A stretch of DNA of 64,000 nucleotides from contig JBCCHT010000002.1 in assembly GCA_039028615.1 (NCBI GenBank), forward strand, positions 192,001-256,000. The letters are read 5' to 3'. Within the stretch, counting starts at the first letter, position 1. Every line of letters begins with the position of its first letter. The notes under the pieces were generated by a model. That model saw only the letters and a program-made list of their open reading frames with translations. It made no database searches and was not told the DNA's origin. This DNA comes from Myxococcota bacterium (GTDB lineage Bacteria; Myxococcota_A; Polyangia; Nannocystales; Nannocystaceae). Below, in pieces: positions 20,617-31,113 of the stretch. Position numbers and translations under genes: made by a program.

Positions 20617-22406
20617 TGCACACTCTCCGAACGCGTCAGGAAGGCTTGGCTGCTCACGATGTCGACCAAGAGGTTGGGAATCTCGCCGCCTCCGCTCCAG
20701 AAGCGCTCGGCCAGGGCGGCGATGGCTCGCTCGTCCTCGGGAGCCTCGTCGCGGTGCATCGCGTAGCGGTACCACTGGGTCACCGCACAATCGTGAGCGG
20801 TGCGGCTGATCGCGAGCCGCTCCGCGACATCCACCCCACCGTTGACCGCCCCGTCGACGTCGGTGCCGAACAGCTCCCCCGAGCCGTCCACCGGGTGGCC
20901 GTTGTCCTGCATGCGGAACTGGCCCATCGAGTCGTAGTGTTCGAAGGGGAAGCCGAGCCCGTCGATGGCCTGGTGACAGCCGCTGCACGCCGGGTTGCTC
21001 GAGTGCGCCGAGTAGCGATCGCGGTTGGTCTTGGGTTCCGCCATCTCTCCCTCGTCGAGGCTCGGCACGTCGTCGGGAGGCACGGGCGTCGGCTGGCACA
21101 GAAGCCGCTCGCGGATGAACACCCCCCGCAGCACGGGCGAGGGGTAGACGGGATGCGCGTGGCTGGCCAAGAAGGTGCTGCTGGTCAAGAAGCCCGCGCG
21201 CTCGTCGGCGGGGAAGGTCACCGGGTACAGCGTCAGCTCGTACTCGTCGATGCCGCCGAAGCGACCGGTGACCCGGTCGCCGGGCAGCCCTTCGACGCTC
21301 ACGCCGTAGAAGCCCGAGGTGATGTCCGAGGCCCAGCCCTGCCGCGAGCTGAGCATGGCCTCGAGCGTGCCCTGGCCGAACACCGTGTCGAGGATGAAGC
21401 GGTTGAACTCGTGCTCGAGCGACACCCGGAACAGGGCGATGACCCCCCCGGGGTCTTCTTCGTCGTCCGAGTCCGGGAAGTAGGTCAGCGGGTCGATGGT
21501 GATGTTCTGGATCTCGTCCGCATCGAACCATTGACGGTGGAACTCCAGCACCGCGCCGCGGGAGCGAGCGTCTCGAATCATGCGTCGCGCCTGCTCGCGG
21601 ACCACCGCCGGGTCCTGCAGCGAGCCTGCCGCGGCCAGCTCGCGCAGCGGCGCGTCCGGGGTGCTGTTCCACAGGAAGTACGACATCCGAGCCGCGATCT
21701 CCCAGTCGGTCAGCGGCACCACCGAGCCCTGCGCTCGCTCGGCGTCCCCGTACTCGACCAAATAGAGGAAATCGGGGCTCTGCAGCAGCGTCTGGAGCGA
21801 CAGCTGCATCGCCGCGTCGAAGCCGACATCGGCGTACCAGGTGTCGAACAGCCCCTGGATCCACTGCGTCTCGTCGGTGGACATCGGCCGGCGGAAGATC
21901 CGAGAGCCCAGGGTGGCGAGGGTGGTGTGCCCACAGCCGAGCGGGTCGTCGCCGCCTGTGGCCGAGCACGAAAGCCAGGCGCCGGGCTCGGCCATGAGTT
22001 CGCCGGTCAACCGCTGAAAGTCGCGCTGGAGCGACTCCACCAGGTACGGGGTCGCGGTGCGGACCGACGCGTTGTTCGAGAAGCCGTGCACCTCGAAATC
22101 GGGCGGCAGCGAGACCCCCGAGAGGTTCGGCGCGTCGAACAGCGCCCGCAGGCTGTTGTTGATCTGCACTTCGGTGAGCCGGTGGAGCACGGGCGGCGCC
22201 GCGTTGACGTCCCCGAGTTCGCCGCTCGAGTCGTCGCCGCCTCCGTCTCCGTCGTCGGTGTCTCCAGCCGACATCCCCGCCTCCGCGCCGTCGTCGCGGC
22301 ACCCGGTGAGTCCCAGACAAAGGAGGCCCGCGCCGAGCAGCAGGCCGTGTGCTCGGCGCGGGCACGAACGCACCAGGGCGGTGGAGGATTGGCCCATGAA
22401 CGTCAC
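20613..22406 (-). CDS. DUF1587/1595/1592/1588/1585 domain lipoprotein
   Basis: HRLTEVQINNSL, LLQSPDFLY, RMSYFLWNSTPD, SPVLRGVFI, CSGCH. Confidence 0.9.
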   Translation of the reverse strand: MTFMGQSSTALVRSCPRRAHGLLLGAGLLCLGLTGCRDDGAEAGMSAGDTDDGDGGGDDSSGELGDVNAAPPVLHRLTEVQINNSLRALFDAPNLSGVSLPPDFEVHGFSNNASVRTATPYLVESLQRDFQRLTGELMAEPGAWLSCSATGGDDPLGCGHTTLATLGSRIFRRPMSTDETQWIQGLFDTWYADVGFDAAMQLSLQTLLQSPDFLYLVEYGDAERAQGSVVPLTDWEIAARMSYFLWNSTPDAPLRELAAAGSLQDPAVVREQARRMIRDARSRGAVLEFHRQWFDADEIQNITIDPLTYFPDSDDEEDPGGVIALFRVSLEHEFNRFILDTVFGQGTLEAMLSSRQGWASDITSGFYGVSVEGLPGDRVTGRFGGIDEYELTLYPVTFPADERAGFLTSSTFLASHAHPVYPSPVLRGVFIRERLLCQPTPVPPDDVPSLDEGEMAEPKTNRDRYSAHSSNPACSGCHQAIDGLGFPFEHYDSMGQFRMQDNGHPVDGSGELFGTDVDGAVNGGVDVAERLAISRTAHDCAVTQWYRYAMHRDEAPEDERAIAALAERFWSGGGEIPNLLVDIVSSQAFLTRSESVQ

Positions 22407-22454
22407 GACCCCTCATTCCCGCGGCGGGAGGGTCGTTACAGGCGCACGCAAGAT

Positions 22455-24245
22455 TTATTGCAGCAGCAGGCCGGGGGCCGGCACCGACCATAGCCACAGC
22501 CAGAGGATCAGCCCCGTGCTGGCCACGGCGACGGCGATGCCCGGCACGCGCGAGGCGTTCCCCGAGCGCTTCCCTGCCCCGATCCACGCCAGGATCGCCC
22601 CGACGGGCAGCAGCGCGCGAACCACCTCGAGCCACGGCGGCATGCCGAATCGCAGCGGCCGCAGATAGGCGACCTGACCCGCGTCCACCCACGCCACATA
22701 GAGATAGGGCACCGTCACCCCGACCAGGGCGAGGCCAGCCGCGGCACGAACCAGCCCCCGTCGTCGCACCGCCGCCACCAGCAACAGGAGCCACGCCAGC
22801 GCCAACGCGGGCAGCTGCACGAAGGGCGCGGCATACCACGGGCGACGCTCGGACGAACTCAAGCCACGGTGCAGCCACTGCCCCTGCCCGGACTCGTCGG
22901 TCACGAACACCACGGCCTCGGGTGCCTTGCCCTCACGCTCGCGCATGAACACGTGCGGCCCGGTGCGAACGAAGCGCTCGCCGTCCACCGTCAAGAACCC
23001 TTCGGCATCGGTGGACACGTGCGAGGCCTTCTCCAGCAGCAGGGCCAGGCCACGGGTAAAGGCCGGCGTGTCGGTCTTCGAGACCTTGCGGTAGTGGCCC
23101 GCCAGCGCGCCCGGGTCCTCGGGGCGACCATCGCCGTCCGGCACCACCTCGGGGATGGACGGCGGCGGCAAGAAGTGCTCGGCGATCGACTCGACGATGG
23201 CCGGCCCGATCGACGTGCCCAAGGAGTTCTGGCAGACGAACACCCCGAAATCGTGCTCGTCGAAGAGTACGAGTCGACTGAGGAACGCGGGCACGCTGCC
23301 GCCGTGACTGCGCGTGGGATGCCCCTCCGTCCGCGCGTGCGCGAACGCGTAGTGATAGGTCGGCAGCGCGGGATCGAGGGCCGCCACCGGCTCGGTCATG
23401 CGACGCATCGCCTCGGGGCCGAGGACGGGCTGCCCTTCGAAGCGCCCCTCGGAAAGGTGCATGATCATGTAGTGGGCCATGTCCGCCGCCGTGGTGTGCA
23501 GCGCGCTGGCGGGCACGGTCTTGAAGTGCAGGTATTCCTGAGGGCGTAGCTCCCCGCCCTCGGGCACATAGCTCACGGCGAGAGCGGACTCGATCTCCGG
23601 CGTCAGGACAAAGCTGCTCGAGTCCATCCGCAGCGGCGTCAGCAGGGCTCGGTCGGCATGGTCCGCGAAGGGCACGCCCGTGACCTGCTCCACCACCAAC
23701 CCGGCCAGGGCGTTGCCGTGGTTGCTGTAGACGATCGCCACCCCGGGAGGCCGCAGCGCGGGCGGCATGGTCTCCGCGAGAAAGTCCGCGAAGCTCTGGG
23801 CTGGCGCGTCCCGACTCACCCGCCCCACGTTGTTGTTGATGATCCCCGAGCTGTGCGACAGCAGGTGCCGCAACGTGGCCGGCGAGTCGAAGCGCGGCGG
23901 CAGTCCGTACCCGGGCAAGTAGTCGTCGACGGGCGCATCCACGTCGAGACGGCGGTCGTCCTCCAACTGCGCAACGACGCTCGCAGTGAAGGTCTTGGAG
24001 ATCGACGCCACCCGCACGACCGTGCGTTGTCCATCCATCGGGATGTCGTTCTCCCGATCCGCGTGGCCCCAGCCCTTGGCGAGGAGCACGCGGTCTCCCT
24101 GGACCACCGACACGACCACGCCGGGGACCCCGCTTTGCTGCATTTGCTGGGCTACGTGCTCGTCGAGGTGCGCCTCGAGCTGCGCGGTGTCGACCGGAGG
24201 CATCGCGAGCAGCGAAATCGGCAGCCAAGCGGTCCAGGGCAGCAT
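22455..24245 (-). CDS. serine hydrolase, beta-lactamase/class C family, with C-terminal TM helices
   Basis: SISK, LLSHSSG, YSN and HGG motifs; start estimated. Confidence 0.88.
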   Translation of the reverse strand: MLPWTAWLPISLLAMPPVDTAQLEAHLDEHVAQQMQQSGVPGVVVSVVQGDRVLLAKGWGHADRENDIPMDGQRTVVRVASISKTFTASVVAQLEDDRRLDVDAPVDDYLPGYGLPPRFDSPATLRHLLSHSSGIINNNVGRVSRDAPAQSFADFLAETMPPALRPPGVAIVYSNHGNALAGLVVEQVTGVPFADHADRALLTPLRMDSSSFVLTPEIESALAVSYVPEGGELRPQEYLHFKTVPASALHTTAADMAHYMIMHLSEGRFEGQPVLGPEAMRRMTEPVAALDPALPTYHYAFAHARTEGHPTRSHGGSVPAFLSRLVLFDEHDFGVFVCQNSLGTSIGPAIVESIAEHFLPPPSIPEVVPDGDGRPEDPGALAGHYRKVSKTDTPAFTRGLALLLEKASHVSTDAEGFLTVDGERFVRTGPHVFMREREGKAPEAVVFVTDESGQGQWLHRGLSSSERRPWYAAPFVQLPALALAWLLLLVAAVRRRGLVRAAAGLALVGVTVPYLYVAWVDAGQVAYLRPLRFGMPPWLEVVRALLPVGAILAWIGAGKRSGNASRVPGIAVAVASTGLILWLWLWSVPAPGLLLQ

Positions 24246-24324
24246 CAGACGCACGAGCCTAGCCGAAAAGACGCGCCTGCGGCGACCCATTGCCACCCCG
24301 CGAACACGCTGGGACACTGGCGCC

Positions 24325-25794
24325 ATGATTGGCTTTCACGACCACGCGACGCGCAGCGTCACGTTGCTCCTCGGCGCGCTGGCTCTGACCGCATGCCCGA
24401 GCGATGACACTCCCGCCGACACCGACGGCAACGCCACCAGCTCGGCGACGAGCACGGGGCCGAGCGCCGCGACGGAGAGCGAGCCGGGCACCACCTCGGA
24501 GGCCACCAGCGCCGACGAGTCCGGCACGGAGACGAGCAGCGAGCTGTGCGGCAACGGAGAGGTCGATCCGGGCGAAGACTGCGACGACGCCAACGGCCAA
24601 GACGACGACGGCTGCACCTCCGAGTGTCGCTACCAGAGCTGCACCTTGGCGTGGAACTGGCAGCAGCCGATCGAGTCCGGCAACCCGGGGGCCAGCGACG
24701 TGTTCGTCGACGCCGACCAGAACGTGTACGTGACCGGTGACCTCGAGGGCGGCACCGACAACGACATCTGGGTCGCCAAGTGGAACCCCGATGGTACCCA
24801 AGCCTGGTCCAACACCTACGGCGGCGCGGGCATCAACATCGGCTTCGGCATCGCGGTCGACGAGGGCGGCGACGTGTACATCGCGGCTCGCACGGCAGGC
24901 GACGGCGATGCCATGTACTTCGCTCGGCTCTCGGGCGCCGACGGCAGCGAGGTCTGGACGCAGATCATCGACAGCCGCTTCGCGGGCGAGGACGACCTGG
25001 GCATTGGAGTCGCCATCAACCCCGACGGCGACCCCGTGGTCACCGGTCGCATCCGGGTGGGCGATGGCGACGACGACGTCTGGGTCAGCCGCCGCTCCGC
25101 CGCCGACGGCAGCGAGATCTGGGCCACCACGTGGTCGGGCGAGGGCGACGGCATGTTCTCCACCGATCGGGTCGGGCCGATGGACATCGCCCCCGACGGC
25201 ACCATCTGGGTGGGCGCGCGCGAGCACCTGGCGTTCGACCACCAAGAGGGCGTGCTGCTCCAGTTCGACCCCGACGGCAACCTGGTGAGCGAGGCCACCC
25301 CCAACGCCGACGGCAAGCCCCACGACCAGAGCGCGGCCTTCGTGGCCGCCTACGACGGCGGGGTCTACTTCGTGGTCACCCAGGTCAACGCGGCCTACCG
25401 GGCGTGGCTGTACCGCTTCGACAACGACGGCAACGAAGAGTGGACGATGACCCAGGAAGACTGGATCGACAAAGACGACACTGCCGCGTTCGACTATCGC
25501 CTGCGGGCCATGGACGTCGACGATCAGGGCCGCCTCGTCATCGGGGGCAACTACGAGATCGAGGGTGGACCCGGCGACCACGAGTGGCTCGAGGCCTGGA
25601 TGGCGCAGGTCGACGCCGACGGCAACTACGTGTGTCGAGGCAGCTACCAGGAGGACGACGGCGCGCCCTTTGCCGCCGTGCTCAGCGTGTTCTCCGGCGC
25701 CGCGGGCCCGCAGGGCGGGCTCGCGCTGTCCGGTCGCCTCGCCGAGGGCGCGGGCGTCGACTCCTGGCTCTGGACCGGCTACTTCGCGCCGTAG
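24325..25794 (+). CDS. lipoprotein with Cys-rich repeat and beta-propeller (SBBP-like) repeats
   Basis: ALTAC lipobox; CGNGEVDPGEDCDD; repeats such as VDADQNVYVTG and DIWVAKWNPDG. Confidence 0.75.
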   Translation: MIGFHDHATRSVTLLLGALALTACPSDDTPADTDGNATSSATSTGPSAATESEPGTTSEATSADESGTETSSELCGNGEVDPGEDCDDANGQDDDGCTSECRYQSCTLAWNWQQPIESGNPGASDVFVDADQNVYVTGDLEGGTDNDIWVAKWNPDGTQAWSNTYGGAGINIGFGIAVDEGGDVYIAARTAGDGDAMYFARLSGADGSEVWTQIIDSRFAGEDDLGIGVAINPDGDPVVTGRIRVGDGDDDVWVSRRSAADGSEIWATTWSGEGDGMFSTDRVGPMDIAPDGTIWVGAREHLAFDHQEGVLLQFDPDGNLVSEATPNADGKPHDQSAAFVAAYDGGVYFVVTQVNAAYRAWLYRFDNDGNEEWTMTQEDWIDKDDTAAFDYRLRAMDVDDQGRLVIGGNYEIEGGPGDHEWLEAWMAQVDADGNYVCRGSYQEDDGAPFAAVLSVFSGAAGPQGGLALSGRLAEGAGVDSWLWTGYFAP

Positions 25795-25806
25795 GGCCCG
25801 CGGCTC

Positions 25807-26403
25807 TCAGTCCATGCAGGGGCCGAGCTCGATGGGGGGGATTTTGCAGTTTTCCCACCCCATCGGGATGCACGTGTCGAGGAACTCGTAGATCGTGGTC
25901 TCCGGCCCCTCGCAGGCATAGGTGATCGCGTCGCCGCAGCCCGTGGCCAGCTGACACTCGATGAACTCGGGCTCGCCCAGGCACGCCCCGGTGTCCGGCA
26001 CCATGATCGGGCGCCCGGCGATGGGCATGCACTCGGTGGCGTCCATGCACGCCATCGCGTCGAGCTCGGCGCACGCCACCCCCTCGGTGTCGCCTTCCGT
26101 CTCGGCTTCGGTGTCGCCTTCCGTCTCGCCGTCGGTCTCCCCAGCCGTCGTGGCGTCGGTGGTGGCCGTGGTCGTCGCTTCCGTTTCGCCCTCGGTCTCG
26201 CCGGAGTCGCTGGTGGCCGGAGTGGAGCCGGACTCGGTCTCCTGGACGGTGTCGGTGCCCGAGTCCGCGACGGCGGTGGTGGACCCCGAGTCCGCGCTGG
26301 AGCTGGTGCTGGTCGTGCCCGAGTCGTCGCCGCAGCCGGCCATCGTCAGGCCGATGAGGCTGGAGCACAGGAAAAAGACAGTCGAAGAATGAAGGCATGC
26401 CAT
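25807..26403 (-). CDS. hypothetical lipoprotein with Ser/Thr/Glu linker and Cys-rich C-terminus
   Basis: TMAGC lipobox; low-complexity linker; C-terminal Cys cluster. Confidence 0.65.
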   Translation of the reverse strand: MACLHSSTVFFLCSSLIGLTMAGCGDDSGTTSTSSSADSGSTTAVADSGTDTVQETESGSTPATSDSGETEGETEATTTATTDATTAGETDGETEGDTEAETEGDTEGVACAELDAMACMDATECMPIAGRPIMVPDTGACLGEPEFIECQLATGCGDAITYACEGPETTIYEFLDTCIPMGWENCKIPPIELGPCMD

Positions 26404-26603
26404 GCGTCGAGCATGCGGTAGTTCACCGTCGAAGTCATGCCGGTCTCGCCGCACGACGCCGCTCGACATCGACCAATTCGAGTGATTTCGATGGGTTGAA
26501 AAAAGACCTGCGCAACATCGGGACGACCGACCGACGATTTGCACCGAGACGAGTCTGCACCAGCGCGCTTCGGGTGTAGATTGCGCGCTCGAGGAGACGG
26601 ACC

Positions 26604-27635
26604 GTGCCTACCCATCACTTCAATCGCCCCCGCGGGCGCATCGTGGAGATCGAGGTCGAGTCGTCGGCGCTGGCCGACAACATGCTGGGCGACCCCAGCA
26701 CGCGGACGGTCGCGGTCTACCTCCCCGAGGGCTACGACGACGGCGACCAGCACTACCCGCTGTTCGTCGACCTCGCCGCGTTCACCAGCAGCGGCCTCAA
26801 GCGCATGGCCTGGACCGCGTTCGGGCTCAGCGTGCCCCAGCGCGTCGATCGGCTGGTGGCCGAAGGCCGCATGGGCCCGGTGGTCATCGCGTTCCCCGAC
26901 GCCTTCACTTCGCTCGGCGGCAACCAATACGTCGACTCCATCGCCCTGGGCGGCTGGGAGCGATTCTTGGTCGAGGACCTCGTCCCCCGGCTCGAGCGCG
27001 ACTTTCGGGTGAAGGGCGGCCCGGAGAACCGGGCGGTCTACGGCAAGAGCAGCGGAGGCTACGGGGCACTGGTGCAGGGCATGAAGCACGCCGAGCACTG
27101 GGGGGCCATCGCCTGCCAGTCGGGCGACATGGGCTTCGACCAGCTGTACCTCCGCGACTTTCCCGGAGCCCTCGATGGCCTGGCCAAGCACGGCGGCATC
27201 GGCCCCTTCCTCGAGCACGTGGCCGGCTGCCCCTCGCTGCGCGGCAGCGACTTCCACACCCTGATGATCGTGGCCATGGGGGCCAGCTACGACCCCGATC
27301 CCTCCGCCCCCTGCGGCGCGCGGCTGCCCGTGGACCTCCACACGGGTGAACTCGATCCCGAGCGCTTGGCGGCGTGGCTGGCCCACGATCCGGTGCAGAT
27401 GATCGAGACGTCCGAGGCTCGCGACGCACTCGCCAGCCTGCGCGGGGTCTTCATCGACTGCGGTCGCCACGACCAGTACTTCCTCCACTACGGCGCGCGC
27501 CGCCTGGTGAAGGCGCTGGAGCGGCACGGGGTCCCGCACACGCACGAAGAATTCGACGGGACCCACTCGGGCATCGACTACCGCCTCGACGTGTCGCTGC
27601 CCTTCCTCTACGACGCGCTCACCAACGAGGCCTGA
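26604..27635 (+). CDS. putative esterase (enterochelin esterase-like alpha/beta hydrolase)
   Basis: VYLPEGY, GGNQYVDS, GKSSGGYGA, EFDGTH. Confidence 0.88.
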   Translation: MPTHHFNRPRGRIVEIEVESSALADNMLGDPSTRTVAVYLPEGYDDGDQHYPLFVDLAAFTSSGLKRMAWTAFGLSVPQRVDRLVAEGRMGPVVIAFPDAFTSLGGNQYVDSIALGGWERFLVEDLVPRLERDFRVKGGPENRAVYGKSSGGYGALVQGMKHAEHWGAIACQSGDMGFDQLYLRDFPGALDGLAKHGGIGPFLEHVAGCPSLRGSDFHTLMIVAMGASYDPDPSAPCGARLPVDLHTGELDPERLAAWLAHDPVQMIETSEARDALASLRGVFIDCGRHDQYFLHYGARRLVKALERHGVPHTHEEFDGTHSGIDYRLDVSLPFLYDALTNEA

Positions 27636-27645
27636 GCCTCCCGCC

Positions 27646-28533
27646 ATGCCTCAGCGTCTCCAACCCGGCGAGCACTACGGTCCCTTCGAAATCGTCGCCG
27701 AGCTCGGAGAGGGCGGCTTCGGGCGGGTCTACGAGGTCAAGGACCCGCGCTTCGAGGTCCCGCTCGCGCTCAAGCTCTCGCACGAGCCGGTCACCGAAAC
27801 CGAGACGGCCCAGCGAGCGCTGCGAGAGGTCTCCATCCTTCGCTCGCTTCGCAATCCCCATGTCGTGCAGATCTACGACGCGGGCCTGCGCCGCGATGGC
27901 CACATCTACGTGCTGATGGAGCGCCTCGCCGGGCGCCCCCTCGATCACTGGCACGACTTCAATCAACCCCTGTCCCCGCCGTGGGTCGCCCACGTCATCC
28001 ACCAGTGCTGCCTGGGGCTGTCCGAGGCCCATGACCACGGCATCGTCCATCGCGATCTCAAGCCGGCCAACATCTTCGTCGCGCCCGACGTGACCATTCG
28101 CCTGCTGGACTTCGGCCTGGCCCGCTCCTGGGGCGGCGACTCCATCATCGGGCGCAACGCGACACGGGGTCGAATGCTCGTGGGTACGCCGCACTACGCC
28201 CAGCCCGAGCAGCTTCAGACGCACGCCCTGACCCCCGCCGCCGACGTCTACAGCCTGGCCGTGCTGATGTACGAGCTGCTCACGGGGCGCGTGCCGTTCA
28301 TGCCGGATCGCTCGGTCGGGGAGACCATCGATCTGTGGCACAACAACCCCTTACAGTGGCTGCGGGCGCACGGTCAGACCCCTGCGACCCCCATCGCTCG
28401 CCACCTCGGCGAGCGCATCTCCCCCGCGCTCGGCGAGCTCGTCATGCGCGGTCTGGCCAAAGATCCCAAGGCGCGACCCGCCACGGCCCGAGATTTTGCC
28501 CAGTACCTGCGCGACGCCTGGCCTTCGGCATGA
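27646..28533 (+). CDS. Hanks-type serine/threonine protein kinase
   Basis: LGEGGFGRVY, ALK, HRDLKPAN, DFG, GTPHYAQPE. Confidence 0.95.
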   Translation: MPQRLQPGEHYGPFEIVAELGEGGFGRVYEVKDPRFEVPLALKLSHEPVTETETAQRALREVSILRSLRNPHVVQIYDAGLRRDGHIYVLMERLAGRPLDHWHDFNQPLSPPWVAHVIHQCCLGLSEAHDHGIVHRDLKPANIFVAPDVTIRLLDFGLARSWGGDSIIGRNATRGRMLVGTPHYAQPEQLQTHALTPAADVYSLAVLMYELLTGRVPFMPDRSVGETIDLWHNNPLQWLRAHGQTPATPIARHLGERISPALGELVMRGLAKDPKARPATARDFAQYLRDAWPSA

Positions 28534-28690
28534 GCGCGACCTCCACCCGTGCAGACCTTTTCGCAACGCGTAACGCGTAGAGGCCGCGCCGGGACCTTCG
28601 CCGCCTTCCTCACGCCGCGCTGTGTCACGCTTGTGTCTTCGATGCAGCCGCGCGTCTGCTTCGCACGGCATTTATGCGAGACTGCCGCCG

Positions 28691-30061
28691 TTGGAGACGC
28701 GAAGCTTCACAATGGAAGAAGTCGCCCGCCATGACGGCCGGGACGGTTCCTATTGGCTCGTGCTCGACGGCGAAGTCTACGACTACACCGCGTTCGCGCC
28801 CAAGCACCCGGGCGGCTCCTCGATCCTCCACCTCGCGGCGGGACGCGAGGCGACGGTGCTCTTCGAGAGCTACCACCCTGGCGCATCCCTCGAGCGCGCG
28901 CGCCGGGTCCTGACGCGCAAGGCCCAGCACCTCGGCTCCGTGGTGCCCGACCAGGTCGAGCCCTACGGCGACCCTGCCTTCTTCGAAGCGGTCCGCTCCC
29001 GCGTCGACGCCAAGCTGAAGGAGCACGGGCTCGGCTACCACAGCGGCATCTGGCGTACCGGCATCGAGGCGGCGATCACCGTCCTGCTCTCGCTGACCGC
29101 CCTGTACTTCCGCGGCAGCTACGGCTCGTACATCGCCGCGGTCGTGGGCGGCGTTCTCATGGCGCGGCTCGGCTTCTTGATGCACTCGGGCAACCACGCC
29201 GCCCTCGGTCGCCGCCGCTGGCCCAACGTGGCGGCCGGCCACCTGATGGAGTTCATCGGCGGCTCGAGCATCATCTGGCAGTACGCCCACCAGGTGGCGC
29301 ATCACGGCCGGCCCAACATCTACGGCCGCGACAACGACTGCGAGATCGGGGCCCCGCTGCTGCGTTTTCACCCCGAGATTCCGCGACGACCGCTGCACAA
29401 GATCCAGCACATCGGCCTGGCGATCGGCATGAGCATCGGGTTGTTCAAGTGGATCATCTCCGACGTCCTGCACCTGCACCGCGGCCGGGTGGTGAACGCC
29501 ACCTTCCACCTGCCCAAGAGCCACTGGTACAGGTCGCTGCTCTACAAGGCGCTGTGGGTCACCTTCCACATGGTCATCCCCATGGCGCTGACCGGCTTCT
29601 GGACGGGCCTGGCCACGACCTTCGTGCTGATGGCGGTGGGCGCCTACTACATGGAGGGCGTGTTCATCGTGAACCACCTCCAGCACGACCTCGTGCCGCC
29701 CCACGGTCGGCACTGGGCCGAGCAGCAGATCTACGGCAGCGCCAACTGGTCGGCGGGCTCGCGCTGGGCCAACTTCGTCTCGGGCGGGCTCAACCACCAG
29801 GTCGAGCACCACCTGTTCCCCAGCATGGCCATTCGCCTCTATCCCCTCATCGCCCCGGTGGTGAAGGAGACCTGCGAAGAGTACGGCCTGCCCTATCGCA
29901 ACTTCCCCGGCTTCTTCTCCGCGCTGTGGGGCACCGTTCGCTTCCTGCATGATCTGGGGCGGCCGGGCTACGACCTGCCCACCGAAGAAACGAGCGCCCC
30001 CGCGCCGGTCGAGCTGGAGCCCCAGGCCCCCTCGTTCGCGTCGCCGCGCCGCGCCTCCTGA
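28691..30061 (+). CDS. cytochrome b5-fused front-end fatty acid desaturase
   Basis: N-terminal b5 HPGG; His boxes HSGNH, HQVAHH and QVEHH; start uncertain (28622-28712). Confidence 0.9.
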   Translation: METRSFTMEEVARHDGRDGSYWLVLDGEVYDYTAFAPKHPGGSSILHLAAGREATVLFESYHPGASLERARRVLTRKAQHLGSVVPDQVEPYGDPAFFEAVRSRVDAKLKEHGLGYHSGIWRTGIEAAITVLLSLTALYFRGSYGSYIAAVVGGVLMARLGFLMHSGNHAALGRRRWPNVAAGHLMEFIGGSSIIWQYAHQVAHHGRPNIYGRDNDCEIGAPLLRFHPEIPRRPLHKIQHIGLAIGMSIGLFKWIISDVLHLHRGRVVNATFHLPKSHWYRSLLYKALWVTFHMVIPMALTGFWTGLATTFVLMAVGAYYMEGVFIVNHLQHDLVPPHGRHWAEQQIYGSANWSAGSRWANFVSGGLNHQVEHHLFPSMAIRLYPLIAPVVKETCEEYGLPYRNFPGFFSALWGTVRFLHDLGRPGYDLPTEETSAPAPVELEPQAPSFASPRRAS

Positions 30062-30075
30062 GCGCGCCCGGAGCC

Positions 30076-31017
30076 ATGTCCAGCCGCAGCGCCCGCAACA
30101 TGCTGATCCGGCAGTGGCAGATCCTCCAGCTGCTGCACGGGCGACGACGCGGCCTGACCCCGCGACGATTGCTCGAAGAGACGGGCAGCAGTCGCGCCAC
30201 TCTCTACCGCGACCTCGACATGCTCGAGCAAGCAGGCGTGCCCTTGCTGCGCGAGACGGTCAACGGCGAGGCGCGAGTCAGCCTCATCGGCGACAAGCTG
30301 CCCGCGCTGGCTCCCACCCCGCTGCAGTGGGACGCCCTGCGCCTGGCCCGGAGCTACCTCGAGCCGCTGCGCGGGACCTCGCTGCTCGACGAGCTCGACG
30401 CCCTGCTCGCCCGCAACCGCCCCAAGGCCCCGGGCGGCGCGACCCCTCCCGCCGACGACTCGTCGCCGCCCCCCGAGCACGCCCAGTCGCTCAAGGTGCT
30501 CGACGCTGCCATCGCGCAGCGCAAGAAGGTCCGCTTCCTCTATCGCTCGGCCGACGACACCGAGTACCGCCACCGCACCGTCGACCCCATCATGTGGCGA
30601 CTGGTGGAAGAGCACGTGTACCTCATCGCCCACGAGCCCGGCTCGGGGCACCGCACCTTCAAGGTCGCGCGCATGAACGAGACCGAGCGCCTCGACGAGG
30701 ACGCCCAGGTCCATGAGTTCGACGAGGAGATGTTCCGCGGCGCGGTCAAGATCTGGAGCGCGCCGCGGGTCGACGTCGAGATTCGCCTTTCGCCCTACGC
30801 CGCGCGCCTGCTGCCCGAGTATCCGCTGACGGTCGAGCAGGACGTCGAGCTCGAGGACGATGGCCACGCGATCCTGCGAGCCGAGGTCGCGGGCACCAAA
30901 GAGGTCGAGCGCTGGGTGCTGCACTGGGGTGCCCACGCCGAGGTCCGACAGCCACCCGAGCTGCGTGCGCAGGTGCGCGAGGAGCTGAAGGCGATGCTCG
31001 GGCACTACGACGACTGA
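30076..31017 (+). CDS. WYL domain transcriptional regulator (HTH-WYL-WCX)
   Basis: N-terminal wHTH (SRATLYRDLDML), RTVDP...VYLIAH...RTFKVARM, WVLHWGAHAEVRQPPELR. Confidence 0.9.
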   Translation: MSSRSARNMLIRQWQILQLLHGRRRGLTPRRLLEETGSSRATLYRDLDMLEQAGVPLLRETVNGEARVSLIGDKLPALAPTPLQWDALRLARSYLEPLRGTSLLDELDALLARNRPKAPGGATPPADDSSPPPEHAQSLKVLDAAIAQRKKVRFLYRSADDTEYRHRTVDPIMWRLVEEHVYLIAHEPGSGHRTFKVARMNETERLDEDAQVHEFDEEMFRGAVKIWSAPRVDVEIRLSPYAARLLPEYPLTVEQDVELEDDGHAILRAEVAGTKEVERWVLHWGAHAEVRQPPELRAQVREELKAMLGHYDD

Positions 31018-31085
31018 CCATGGACAACGGTCGAGGTCGGGTGCAGTCCCACCTCCAGGGTCGCGAAATCAGGGAGGACTGGTCG

Positions 31086-31100
31086 TGGCACGCCGGTTGC
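31086..31100 (+). promoter_or_regulatory. sigma-54 (-24/-12) promoter
   Basis: TGGCACG-CCGG-TTGC matches the consensus exactly; 13 nt upstream of ATG 31114. Confidence 0.75.
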
Positions 31101-31113
31101 CTGGGTCCCGGGC

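Noticed and set aside
19210..22878. 1222-aa track ORF
   Set aside because: Only the part from ATG 20616 is DUF1552-like; the upstream part is an alternative-frame shadow of the DUF1592 gene
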